Shown here piece after piece: positions 1 through 10,495 of a DNA stretch of 35,072 nucleotides (positions within the stretch are counted from its first letter, which is position 1; each line of letters begins with the position of its first letter). The translations under genes were made by a program, and so were the position numbers. The DNA is taken from positions 74,261,590 through 74,296,661 of the forward strand of contig NC_068984.1 of NCBI RefSeq assembly GCF_001194135.2. Direction: 5' to 3'. The stretch comes from Octopus bimaculoides. Its lineage: Eukaryota. A model generated the notes under the pieces. It saw nothing but the letters and a program-made list of their open reading frames with translations, was not told the DNA's origin and ran no database searches.

Positions 1-374
1 CAAAACCAGATGGTAAAAACCAGGTCTTTAGCAACATACATAATAGTAAATCATGCAAATAAAGTATCAATAGCGAACTCCTTCGCTTCCGACGCCGTGG
101 TTTCTCCAGCATTGCCCTAGGTTCAATGAACAAAAGTCAGTAACGTACCGTATACTATCGGCGGGCTGACTAAGCTGACTTGGTGATGTCTTGTTCGGCG
201 GCTGCCTGAGTTGGTGGCTGGCTTTTAGTGCATCGAGTTTCCCAACTCTGTGTTCGCTTGCAGACGTTTCTGCTTTTCAGCATGAACTAACTCTTGGGGC
301 TTCACATATCTTCCCCACCAGCCCATCCAGCTAACGTTTGAAGTCACAGCGTAGAAGGTCAACATACACGCACA

Positions 375-1321
375 TACGAAGGTAACTGAAAACTTCATTG
401 GCTGACTAAGGTATTCTCATGGAAGGTGACCAAATGAGGTTTATTTTTCAACATAGTTCCCCTCGCAGTCCACACATTTCTACCGTCAGTGTTGTAGTAC
501 TCCGATCCAATTTGTGAAGAAGCTTTCGTCCTGTTGCTCACAAATGTCATCAAAAGCAGATATGACGCCATTATCACTGCGATACTGGGTGTTTCCACTG
601 GGTGTTTCCACTGGGTGTTTCCACTGGGTGTTTCCACTGGGTGTTTCCACTGGGTTTTCCACTACATGGATTGTATCTTTGCCTCAGGCTTAAAGTGATG
701 AAACCAACACTCGTCTAGGGTTAGGAAACGTTTGGCCTGCCTCAAACAATGTCATAGTTTCCCGTGATGTAATCAACCTTTTGATCAGGTGTCAGAAGAT
801 GTGGCACCCATTGAGCAGAATATTCTCAACTCTCTCATAGGACATGCTAATAACATTAGCTATTTGATTTATAGTCAGTCGCCTGTCATCTCTGAACATG
901 TAGTGAACAAGATCAATGTTTTCCTCGCTGGTGGGTGATAGTTTCAGGACGTCTAGACCTTGGGTCATGTCATGTTCAAGACGTTCCCTTCCCTACCTAA
1001 ATTCAACTGCCCATTTTTGCACTGTCAATAAAGCTTGAGTATTATCTTCTAATGTAGAAACTATGTCAGTATGAATGTCCTTGAGGGTTCAGCCTTTTTC
1101 TGCAGGTACTTGATAACACCACGATACCAAATTTGTCCATTTTCAAGAGTAGTCGCCACTAGTTACTTTTGCAGTCTTCTTTAAACAGCCAGATGCCATT
1201 TTACCTCGAATGAAACAATACAGTTATTAATTAGAGACGTTGAAATTATTTCATGCAAGATATCAAATCTCTAGCAACATTCCTTCATAGGTAGCCCGTG
1301 AACTTTTCGACCCATTTCGTA
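375..1321 (-). mobile_element. Internally deleted mariner element (irritans/Hsmar2-like TIR type), non-autonomous
   Basis: Diverged TIRs TAcgaaggtaactgaaaacttc (375) and the reverse complement of the 1321 end, TAcgaaatgggtcgaaaagttc. Minus-strand fragments read DDRRLTINQIA (HTH region), WVPHLLTPDQK (linker) and LDECWFHHFKPE (first catalytic Asp region), then jump to a frameshifted C-terminus ending ...GNYVEK-stop. The second and third catalytic motifs are absent. Confidence 0.85.
585..661. repeat. 13-bp tandem repeat (CTGGGTGTTTCCA) x6 inside the mariner element
   Basis: Five perfect copies at 585, 598, 611, 624 and 637, plus one copy with a 1-nt deletion at 650-661. Confidence 0.97.
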
Positions 1322-2230
1322 TACGTGCTTACTTAAATTCTTACGCGCGCGTGCAGAGAGAGAAAGGCATAGACACATGCACACACACACATATGCATAC
1401 GTATATGCATATAAGCTAGATATCCCTCAAATAAAAAATTAGCGTCTTCGGGAAAACCGCGGCTGGTGTTATTTTGATAGCAGGTCTACTTAGTGATGCC
1501 TGATGTGGATTTAAGCTACAATACGCGTAGGAAAATAGTACAATGGATAGAATATTTCAGGTTTAGAGAGCTACGTGGCGTCCCACACCACTTAGAAGAA
1601 GAACTATAGCATGTCGGAGTGTGTGATATGTTCCTCACCTAAACACTCATATGATATCAGGCACAATGAATCTAATTCTAGTTCAGACCTGGTTGTTCGG
1701 TCGAGATATAGATATTTCTGCTCAATTAGAGCTGATCCGAAGTTACGAAACAACGGCAATAACTTCAATGATATGCAGGCTACAAAAAAACCATCGCTTT
1801 ACCAAACTATTTCTACTTTTGGCACTAAACATAGTGAGAGGAGGTAGACAAAGAGAGGAAGAGAGAAAGATGGTTGGTGACACGTGACTTAGTGGATTAT
1901 ATATCACGTCTGCTTTACTAAATACTAACATTTGTTTTGGTTGGGATTTTTGTGTGTATGTATGTGCATATGTGTGTCAGGGGATATTCGGAAAGCTAAA
2001 GTAGAAAAAGGACTTGTGGAGGCTAATCGGATTATCTAATTAGTTCAATAAGAAATTTACCCTCCCACTGAGAATATCAATAATAAAGAAATCAAAGGAA
2101 GATAAAGAAGACTAAGAACTAAGAATGTGGCCTATTAAATTTCAACAGGAATCAACATCACGCTGATAATAAATTCGGAAGTTGAAATAATTGTCTAAAA
2201 AGTAATTAAATGAATTATTGAAATAGATTA

Positions 2231-2386
2231 GCGTGGGTGTGTAGAAAGAAGTTTGCTTCCCAACCACACAGTCCCGGGTCCAGTCCCACAACGTGACACA
2301 TTGGACAAGTGTCTTGTACTATAGCCTCAGGCCGACCAAAGCCATGTGAATTGATTGGGGGACAGAAACTGAAAGAAGCCTGTCGT
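2231..2386 (+). mobile_element. SINE family A (tRNA-derived head), 5' half, diverged; runs into (TA)n and a gap
   Basis: Homologous to the copies at 8946-9340, 22276-22592, 23497-23975 and 33183-33425 (cttcccaaccaca...actatagcctc.ggccgaccaaagcc...gaaactgaaagaagcc). Confidence 0.9.
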
Positions 2387-2424
2387 ATGTATGTATATAT
2401 ATATATATATATATNNNNNNNNNN

Positions 2425-2462
<38 letters not shown>

Positions 2463-2464
<2 letters not shown>

Positions 2465-2825
2465 TCATTCATTCATTCATTCGGTTCTTATTGTGCAATG
2501 TGGAACTTGAGACAACAACAAGATCATTCCACCTTCCAACACCGAAAGCGTCGTTGACAGCTTGTTGCATTGTTAACCCTCTACTTTTAAGATCTTTTGT
2601 TATTCTTCTCCTCCACACTTCCTTTGGTCGGCCACATCTTCTTTTACCTCGTGAAACCCATTGCAAAGCGATCCTGACAATTGAGTCCGGTTTATAGCGT
2701 CAAACTCGACCCAGTTATTTCCAACTCCTTGCTTCAATAGTTTTTCTTAATGGTTTCACGTTAGCCTTGGTGCATATTTGGCTATTCGAGATCATATTCA
2801 GCCAATAGACCTTCAAAATTGTTCG
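2463..2825 (-). mobile_element. 3' end of an RTE-like LINE (ORF2 C-terminus plus (TGAA)n tail)
   Basis: Minus strand reads ...RIALQWVSRGKRRCGRPKEVWRRRITKDL...RWNDLV, matching the AL-W...GKR-RGRP-TW C-terminal signature of RTE-clade ORF2, followed by a (GAAT)n tail at 2463-2482. Upstream part has stops and frameshifts. Confidence 0.7.
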
Positions 2826-2842
2826 TAAATATGTGTGTGTGC

Positions 2843-2894
<52 letters not shown>

Positions 2895-3523
2895 NNNNNN
2901 NNNNNNNNNNNNNNNNNNNNNNNNNNNNNNNNNNNNNNNNNNNNNNNNNNNNNNNNNNNNNNNNNNNNNNNNNNNNNNNNNNNNNNNNNNNNNNNNNNNN
3001 NNNNNNNNNNNNNNNNNNNNNNNNNNNNNNNNNNNNNNNNNNNNNNNNNNNNNNNNNNNNNNNNNNNNNNNNNNNNNNNNNNNNNNNNNNNNNNNNNNNN
3101 NNNNNNNNNNNNNNNNNNNNNNNNNNNNNNNNNNNNNNNNNNNNNNNNNNNNNNNNNNNNNNNNNNNNNNNNNNNNNNNNNNNNNNNNNNNNNNNNNNNN
3201 NNNNNNNNNNNNNNNNNNNNNNNNNNNNNNNNNNNNNNNNNNNNNNNNNNNNNNNNNNNNNNNNNNNNNNNNNNNNNNNNNNNNNNNNNNNNNNNNNNNN
3301 NNNNNNNNNNNNNNNNNNNNNNNNNNNNNNNNNNNNNNNNNNNNNNNNNNNNNNNNNNNNNNNNNNNNNNNNNNNNNNNNNNNNNNNNNNNNNNNNNNNN
3401 NNNNNNNNNNNNNNNNNNNNNNNNNNNNNNNNNNNNNNNNNNNNNNNNNNNNNNNNNNNNNNNNNNNNNNNNNNNNNNNNNNNNNNNNNNNNNNNNNGCC
3501 TGATAATATTTGAACTCAGAATA

Positions 3524-3952
3524 AGGAGAGAGCTGGCAGAATCGTTAGCACGCCAGGCGAAATGCTTAGCGGTATTTCGTCTGCCGTTACGTTCTGAGTT
3601 CAAATTCCGCCGAGGTCGACTTTGCTTTTCATCCTTTCGGGGTCGATAAATTAAGTACCAGTTACGCACAGGGATCGATGTAATCGACTTAATCCCTTTA
3701 TCTGCCCTTGTTTGTCTCCTCTATGTTTAGCCCCTTGTGGGCAATAAAAAAATAAGAAACGTTAGCACGCCGGGCGAAATGCTTAGCGGTATTTCGTCTG
3801 TCTTTACGTTCTGAGTTCAAATTCCACCGAGGTTGACTTTGCGTTTCATCTTTTCGGGGCTGATAAATTAAGTACCAGTTGCGTAACGTGGTCGATCTAA
3901 TCGACTGGACCTTTCCGCCAAAATTTCGGGCCTTGTGCCTTGAGTAGAAAAG
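3524..3952 (+). mobile_element. Dimeric SINE family B insertion with 19-bp TSD
   Basis: Two head-to-tail monomers with an A-box-like tggcagaatcg and a B-box gagttcaaattc; junction aataagaa|acgttagcacgcc near 3758. Perfect flanking repeat AATATTTGAACTCAGAATA at 3505-3523 and 3953-3971. Confidence 0.93.
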
Positions 3953-4045
3953 AATATTTGAACTCAGAATACAAAGTGGAGGAATAAATACCGCGAAACA
4001 TCCGATCCGATGTTGTAGCAGTTCCATTCCACCAACCAACTCATT
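3953..4045 (-). mobile_element. Old diverged family B SINE head, the target of the dimer insertion
   Basis: Reverse complement reads gagttggttggtggaatggaactgctacaacatcgg...cgcggtatttattcctccactttgtattctgagttcaaat, collinear with the family B head. The TSD coincides with its B-box. Confidence 0.65.
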
Positions 4046-4109
4046 GGCACGAAGAAACATTCGTGTATACGTTAGCTGTGATTGTGGTAGGGTCATAGCA
4101 AAGATGTGG

Positions 4110-4475
4110 CTGTGAGTGTGGAGGTGGTGGTGGTGGTGATGGTGTTAGTGATATTAGATGGATGGGATCGTAACAAAAGGAAGGCGATTAGATGTGAGGT
4201 AGCAAAAAAAAATAAGGCATATAGTGGTGGTAGAAGAGGTGGTTTTGGTAATGATGGTGTTGGTGGTGTTGACGAAATAGCAAAAAGAAAAGTAGTATGT
4301 GGTGGTGGTGGTGGTTTATGGTGTTGATGGTAGCGCTGGTACTAGTGATAGTAGGTGTAGGGGTAGCAAAGATGAAGTGTATGTGTGTGCGCCTAAGTGT
4401 GACAGTGGTGGTGGTGTTAATGGTGGTTTTTGTGGTGGAGGTGGTGGTGATAGTGGTGATGGTGGCGTCGGTGGA
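4110..4475. repeat. Degenerate (GGT/GAT)n low-complexity tract
   Basis: Runs of ggt/gat triplets; explains the poly-Val/Thr/His ORFs in the track. Confidence 0.9.
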
Positions 4476-4681
4476 GAGACTAACAAATAAGAAGTGAGAG
4501 TTTAGTGGTTGGTGGAGGTGCCAAGAAAGGTATGATGGAAGCAGGCAGAGAGGAAGCAAAGAAAGGTAAAGGGGGTGACTGAAGGTATAGGGGAGCAAAT
4601 GTTGTTAAAGGATAAGCCTAACAACAATGACAGCAACAATAATGGCAGCGCCAGAAGAAACAACAACAATAACAACAATAC

Positions 4682-5345
4682 GAGCTAACGAGGAAGACCT
4701 ACACACTGCCACTCGATGTGCTAGAAATTGCAGCTAAATCTCCATCAAGTTAGATGCTATTGTCTTAGATAACGAGATCGTTGGTTTCTTATTTCTTTAC
4801 CGCCCACAACGGACTATGCACAGAGGGGACAAACAAGGACAGGCAAACGGATTAAGTCGATTATATTTACCCCATTTCGTAACTGGTACTTACTTAATCG
4901 ACCCCGGAAGGATGAAAGGCAAAGTCGACCTCGGCGCAATTTGAACTCAGAACGTCACGGCAGACGAAATACCGCTTAGTATTTCGCTCGGCGTGCTAAC
5001 GTTTCTTATTTCTTTATTGCCCACAAGGGGCTAAACATAGAGGAGACAAACAAGGACAGACAAAGGGTTTAAGTCGATTACATCAACCCCACTGCGTAAC
5101 TGATGCTTAATTTATCGACCCCGAAAGGATGAAAGGCAAAGTCGACCTCGGCGAAATTTGAACTCAGAACGTGGCGGCAGACGAAATACCACTGAGCATT
5201 TCGCCCGGCGTGCCAACGTTTCTGCCAGCTCACCGCCTTAATGAGATCGTTGGTTTCTTGCGTATAGAAAATAGATGCGATGGACATAGTTGGAATTGCT
5301 TTGATAAGTTTTCTCGACTGTGACTCTTTTGGAGCTAAACAACTG
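4682..5345 (+). mobile_element. CAA-tailed repeat family E copy, split by the dimeric SINE (parts 4682-4790 and 5260-5345)
   Basis: 5' part gagctaacgagg...gctagaaattgcagctaaatctcc and 3' part gatggacatagttggaattgctttgata...ggagctaaacaac match the contiguous copy at 5577-5752 and the copy at 28936-29106. Confidence 0.7.
4791..5238 (-). mobile_element. Dimeric SINE family B insertion with 21-bp TSD (1 mismatch)
   Basis: Two monomers with the same aataagaa|acgttagcacgcc junction near 5000. Flanks TAACGAGATCGTTGGTTTCTT (4770-4790) and TAATGAGATCGTTGGTTTCTT (5239-5259). Confidence 0.93.
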
Positions 5346-5384
5346 CAGCGGTATCATGACAGTAAATGCTAATGTGGTTACTCA

Positions 5385-5752
5385 AACTGCGAGAAGTAGC
5401 AGCAAAATATTTCTCAGCTCACACTCACTGTTATCTCTAGTTAACTCTAGTCAATGTGGTCTTTGTTTATCTGTTCGGAAGGTCACGGTTGGAGAGCATT
5501 TGATCTTAGATTCGCTAGATCAGTGACTTGTAACGAGAAGGCAACTACAATTACTGCAGCATAAAAACTATGCGACGAACTAACGAGGAAACCTATACGT
5601 AGAAAAAAGCAGTAGCAAAATATCCCTCAAAATACTGTCTAGTTAACTAGATTTCACCTGTCTGAATACGGTATGGGTTCGTTATGCTGCAATGCCTTTG
5701 ATCATAGGTTTGTTTATTGAAGATTGTCCTTGGGTTAAACATTAACAACAAG
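5385..5752 (+). mobile_element. Two further tandem copies of repeat family E (about 5385-5550 and 5577-5752)
   Basis: Each has the agaa.tagcagc.aaat.t..ctc motif and a tail like aatgcctttgatcataggt...gggttaaacattaacaacaa. Confidence 0.6.
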
Positions 5753-6003
5753 TAGGAACAAGCGCAAAGATGATTATCTTGTAATCTGCAATACAATCAC
5801 TTTCATATTTCCCTAGACTTATTCATCCTTTTGTTGACGGAAACTGTGTGGAGGCCTTTGGTTTGTAATTTTAGCGATCTTCTTTCAGTCTCCCAACTTG
5901 GAGGGTTTAAATTGTGAGGTCACTTTGGCGTAGTCATTAGAAGAGTTATGCGATATATAGCAGAATCGGCTCTCCAATCCCGCAAGCAACAAGTGTGCGT
6001 GTT

Positions 6004-6047
<44 letters not shown>

Positions 6048-6113
6048 CATTGTTGTATTTCTGGATGGTCATTTTTTTATTTATTTTCTCTTTTTGCTAA
6101 ATAAACACACGCT

Positions 6114-6144
<31 letters not shown>

Positions 6145-6200
6145 GGTTTTTTTCTTCACTCATTTATTACTGTCCTTCTATTATTTTAACGCCTGTCCAT

Positions 6201-6245
6201 TGTCCGGAAATCTTTCGTCACACATCTGTGACCTCTTCAGTGACA
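6201..6245 (-). ncRNA. Minimal type I hammerhead-ribozyme-like motif (Penelope-like-element type)
   Basis: Minus strand: UGUCA-CUGAAGA-G-GUCACA(GAUG)UGUGAC-GAA-AGAUUU-C-CGGACA. Intact core boxes, a 6-bp stem II and a self-complementary stem III (G-U wobble). Stem I (UGUC/GACA) is out of register by one nucleotide. Confidence 0.6.
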
Positions 6246-6516
6246 CTTCGTTTCCGTGTGTGTTCTTGCTCCACTTACTCCATTCTGTTCTTTGAGGACA
6301 CCTTATATTATTAAGATGCTTAGAAGCTCCCTCCTGGTGCTGAATTGTGAAAGTACAGCCAATGTTGTAGGTATCCTTTAGCGCAGGCTGTGATGAGGCT
6401 ATAAGGTGTTACCCAGAATTTCAAGTATGAGCCTACTGCCTCCTGTAACAGAAACAGCTGTAAGCTAACAAAGTTCATAAGATAATCGTTTATTTTTTTT
6501 TTGTCATCTCATTGTC

Positions 6517-6547
<31 letters not shown>

Positions 6548-6745
6548 TGTGTGCGAATGTGTGTGTGAGTGTTTGTTTGAGTGTGTGTGAGTGAGTGTGT
6601 TGTGTGTGAATGTGTGTGCGAATGTGTGTGTGANNNNNNNNNNTGTGAGTGTTTGTTTGAGTGTGTGTGAGTGAGTGTGTTGTGTGTGAATGTGTGTGCG
6701 AATGTGTGTGTGAGTGTTTGTTTGAGTGTGTGTGAGTGAGTGTGC
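6517..6745. repeat. (GT)n-derived compound microsatellite with a 65-bp higher-order period
   Basis: gaatgtgtgtgcgaatgtgtgtgtgag... recurs at 6543, 6608 and 6688, with a 10-N gap in between. Confidence 0.85.
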
Positions 6746-6855
6746 TGTGTGTGTGTATGTATCTATGTACACACATACACAGATGTGCATATATGTGTGT
6801 GTGCATGTGAGTGTGTGTGTGCGTGTGTGTGTCCATGCATATGTGCATGAATGTA

Positions 6856-7757
6856 TACGAGAAGATACCCAAAAGTAACCGGAAACATTTTCTGTGGGAC
6901 AAGCCTTTTGGAGTTTAGGCTTCTGCCACTAGAATTCACTTGATGCGGTTCTCAGGCAACCGGCGTTGTCTTTGGGATAATACTACAACGTGGTGCGACT
7001 TTGTTTTGCAGTGCTTCTCCCTTGCTCGTTGATTTTTGTGATGCCTAAAACGAAGGAAAAGCGTGTTTCCGTGAAATTCTGTTTTCAGCTGGTGAAAAAC
7101 GGTGGCCGAAACAGTTACCAAGCATCAAAAAGCTTACAAGGACACTGCCAGGAGCAAAACTCAAGTTTACAGTGGTTTCTATGTTTTAGGAATGGTCACT
7201 CGTCACTTGACGACCAACCTGGTTCGGGGCGACCATTGATCTCCCAAATGAATGAAGACAATGAAGACATCACGAAAATTTATGAACTGATTTTGGAAGA
7301 CCGTCACCTACCAACTGACAAACTTGTTGGTTTGAGTGATGTGTCCTGGAGCTCCTATCAACGAATGTTGAGCGAGGAATTGCAAATGAAAAGAGTTGCA
7401 GCAAAGTTTGTGACTCGCTTGCTCACAAGATCAAAAGCAGTGACTACTGAATGCGTGCCGTGAACTGAAAGAACAGTCGGAAGTTGATCCGGACCTTTAT
7501 TCAAAGGTCATCACTGGACACGAAACCTGGTGCTACGGAATTTGCAGATGTGGAAGAGGTGAAGAAAAAAACGACGGTGACGTTAAAAGGTATCACTCTT
7601 GGCAAAAGTTCCAGCACTGCTTCGAACAATGGCAAACACATCTGGGCTGATGCATCGCTTCAAATGGAGAATATTTTGAAGGCGACAAAAGTGTAAGCAT
7701 GTAAAACCAAGTGAATAAAATAGCACTGCAAATTCCGGTTTCTTTTGGGTACCTTCC

Positions 7758-7761
<4 letters not shown>
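6856..7761 (+). mobile_element. Internally deleted mariner element with both TIRs
   Basis: TIRs TAcgagaagatacccaaaagtaaccggaa (6856) and the reverse complement of the 7761 end, TAtaggaaggtacccaaaagaaaccggaa (22/27 identical). ATG at 7041: MPKTKEKRVSVKFCFQL...SLDDQPGSGRP...KRVAAKFVTRLLT...DPDLYSKVITGHETWCYG (catalytic D to H), then a direct jump to FADVEEVKKKT...ASNGEYFEGDKSV; several frameshifts. Confidence 0.9.
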
Positions 7762-7789
<28 letters not shown>

Positions 7790-8856
7790 TGTCAGTTACT
7801 CTTAGTGTTACTGTCGACATGTAACCCAGTAAAACTTGTCGCATGGTCGGACCTTCGGTAAATAGACAATCAACCCTGCCAAGTTAGCTCCGTAAAGAGG
7901 ACTGTTTTCGTTGGACCCCTAGAGGACGGATACGAAAACCTGTGAAAAAAATGGATGAACTGACTTGAGTAAATGGCCATTTAACAGTTGGCAGGAGATA
8001 CCTTTTGTCTCTATGTTGACATTTTTCTAGAAGGAAAACTTTAATGTAACGCTTGCGAATTCGATTACATCATATAATGTTGGTAAGTTTTTTTAGACAA
8101 ATGCATGCTTTGTTTAGAGAGTGGGATTGGCCTTTTTCTCACTTAAAAAAACTTAAATCACAGGTATCTCTTGATTTTTAACGCCTCTGTTATGTATTGC
8201 ACGCTATGGCTGGCTAGAGCTTATAACGGTAAAACTCTCAATGACAAATTCCATGATGAAATGAAGGCGTGTGTCAGAGTGGCTGGTAACTCAGAACATT
8301 TGCTGAGAAAGTCGTCTGTCGTTGTCTCATCTGTACAAAAGAGCGTAGATCTGTAAGAGGATTGAAAAACCAACCACATTCTTGCTACATATGTATTAAG
8401 ATAACAATCCAGAGAGAGTATTGCTTGAAATCAACTTGCAGTCATCTTGTATGCATGGGTGCGTGTATAAATGTATGTATTTTTTAAGCATGTATATATA
8501 TATATATATGTTTGAATTGATGGATACAGTGAGTGGTGAGAATAGAGAGATATATTTAGATATTGAGAGAGAATGACAGAAAATTGCATTTATTTTTCTA
8601 TTTAGATGTTAATTATTGTTTGTGGTCAAACATCACCACCTGTTGATTAAAACTCAATGTTTCCGTCAGCCTATCACTCTTCTCAATTCTATCTTTAGTT
8701 ATCTTTTTTATTATTTTTTTCCCTAACTATAGATATCCACCCACTTTCTCAATCTCTCTCACCTGCCTATCTAACGTAAGCTAGTTACCTATACACCTAT
8801 AATATACCAAGATATGCATGAACATACGCACAGACGTATTATATATATGCACACAG

Positions 8857-8929
<73 letters not shown>

Positions 8930-8945
8930 ACATACATATATCTAA

Positions 8946-9340
8946 GGCTGTGTGGTAGGAAGCTTGTTTCCCAACCACATGGCTCCGGGTTCAGTTCCAC
9001 TGCGTAGTATCTTCTGCAAGTGTCTTCTACTATGGCCACGGGTCAACCAAAGCCTTGTGAGTGGATTTAGTAGACGTAAACTGAAAGAAGCCCGTCGTAT
9101 ATGTAGGTGGCTGTGTGTGCTTGTGTATTTATGTGTGTGTTTGTGTTTGTCTTCTTTATCACCACTTGATAACCGGTGTTGGTGTGCTTATGTCCTCGTA
9201 ACTTAGCGGTCCAGCAAAAAAGAACGATAGAGTTAGTACTGGGCTTTAAAAAATAAGTCTTGCGGTCGATTTGTGCGACTAAAACCCTGCAAGCATGACC
9301 GCAGTCAAATGACTAAACCAAATAAAAGAATAAAAGAATA
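8946..9340 (+). mobile_element. SINE family A, essentially full length
   Basis: Head ggctgtgtggtaggaagc...ccgggttcagttccactgcg (tRNA-like A/B boxes), internal (TG/TA) tract, and tail gcagtcaaatgactaaaccaaataaaagaataaaagaata. Confidence 0.92.
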
Positions 9341-9379
9341 TACCATACATGTATACATACATATATATACACACATATA

Positions 9380-9399
9380 TATAGATAGATAGATAGATG

Positions 9400-9446
<47 letters not shown>

Positions 9447-9466
9447 GGATAGATAGATAGATAGAT
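9380..9466. repeat. (AGAT)n tetranucleotide microsatellite
   Basis: Direct inspection; similar arrays at 21318-21420 (TCTA) and 34827-34993. Confidence 0.97.
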
Positions 9467-10087
9467 ATACTTGGAAATGGATGCGTGGCGTTCAATCATA
9501 TAATAATATAATGAATATATANNNNNNNNNNNNNNNNNNNNNNNNNNNNNNNNNNNNNNNNNNNNNNNNNNNNNNNNNNNNNNNNNNNNNNNNNNNNNNN
9601 NNNNNNNNNNNNNNNNNNNNNNNNNNNNNNNNNNNNNNNNNNNNNNNNNNNNNNNNNNNNNNNNNNNNNNNNNNNNNNNNNNNNNNNNNNNNNNNNNNNN
9701 NNNNNNNNNNNNNNNNNNNNNNNNNNNNNNNNNNNNNNNNNNNNNNNNNNNNNNNNNNNNNNNNNNNNNNNNNNNNNNNNNNNNNNNNNNNNNNNNNNNN
9801 NNNNNNNNNNNNNNNNNNNNNNNNNNNNNNNNNNNNNNNNNNNNNNNNNNNNNNNNNNNNNNNNNNNNNNNNNNNNNNNNNNNNNNNNNNNNNNNNNNNN
9901 NNNNNNNNNNNNNNNNNNNNNNNNNNNNNNNNNNNNNNNNNNNNNNNNNNNNNNNNNNNNNNNNNNNNNNNNNNNNNNNNNNNNNNNNNNNNNNNNNNNN
10001 NNNNNNNNNNNNNNNNNNNNNNNNNTATACATATATATATATGCATATATACATATATTTATGTACATACATACATATATATCTATC

Positions 10088-10138
<51 letters not shown>

Positions 10139-10495
10139 GTCTTTCTCTCTCTTTCTTTCTCTCTCTCTCTCTCTCTCTCTGTATATATATACACATATAT
10201 GCATACATGGGTACAGGACGTCACAAAACGTAAACAACATGAGATACGAAGACAAACTTGGGTATATAAATAACGAGAGAAACAAATGGAAAACAAGGCA
10301 AGTAACATAAAGAAAGACCCTTCATCAGTTGTCGGCTGTCCATATATATATATATACACGTATATATATTTACATACATATAATAATAATAATAATAATA
10401 GGGAATAAATTATTATTTACACACACACTCATACACACACACACACACACACACAATACACAGACACACACAGACACACACACACACACACACAA

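Noticed and set aside
260-285. Hammerhead-like GAAACGUC with a UGCU/AGCA hairpin on the minus strand
   Set aside because: No CUGANGA box in the required position; probably coincidental.
7800-8400. Possible LINE RT remnants (PRGRIRKP-like and ACVRVAGNSE-like readings)
   Set aside because: Too short and degenerate to support by eye.
10208-10340. CUGAUGA box on the minus strand (10322-10328) in a repeat-like segment
   Set aside because: No stem II or GAAA follows, so it cannot be called a ribozyme.
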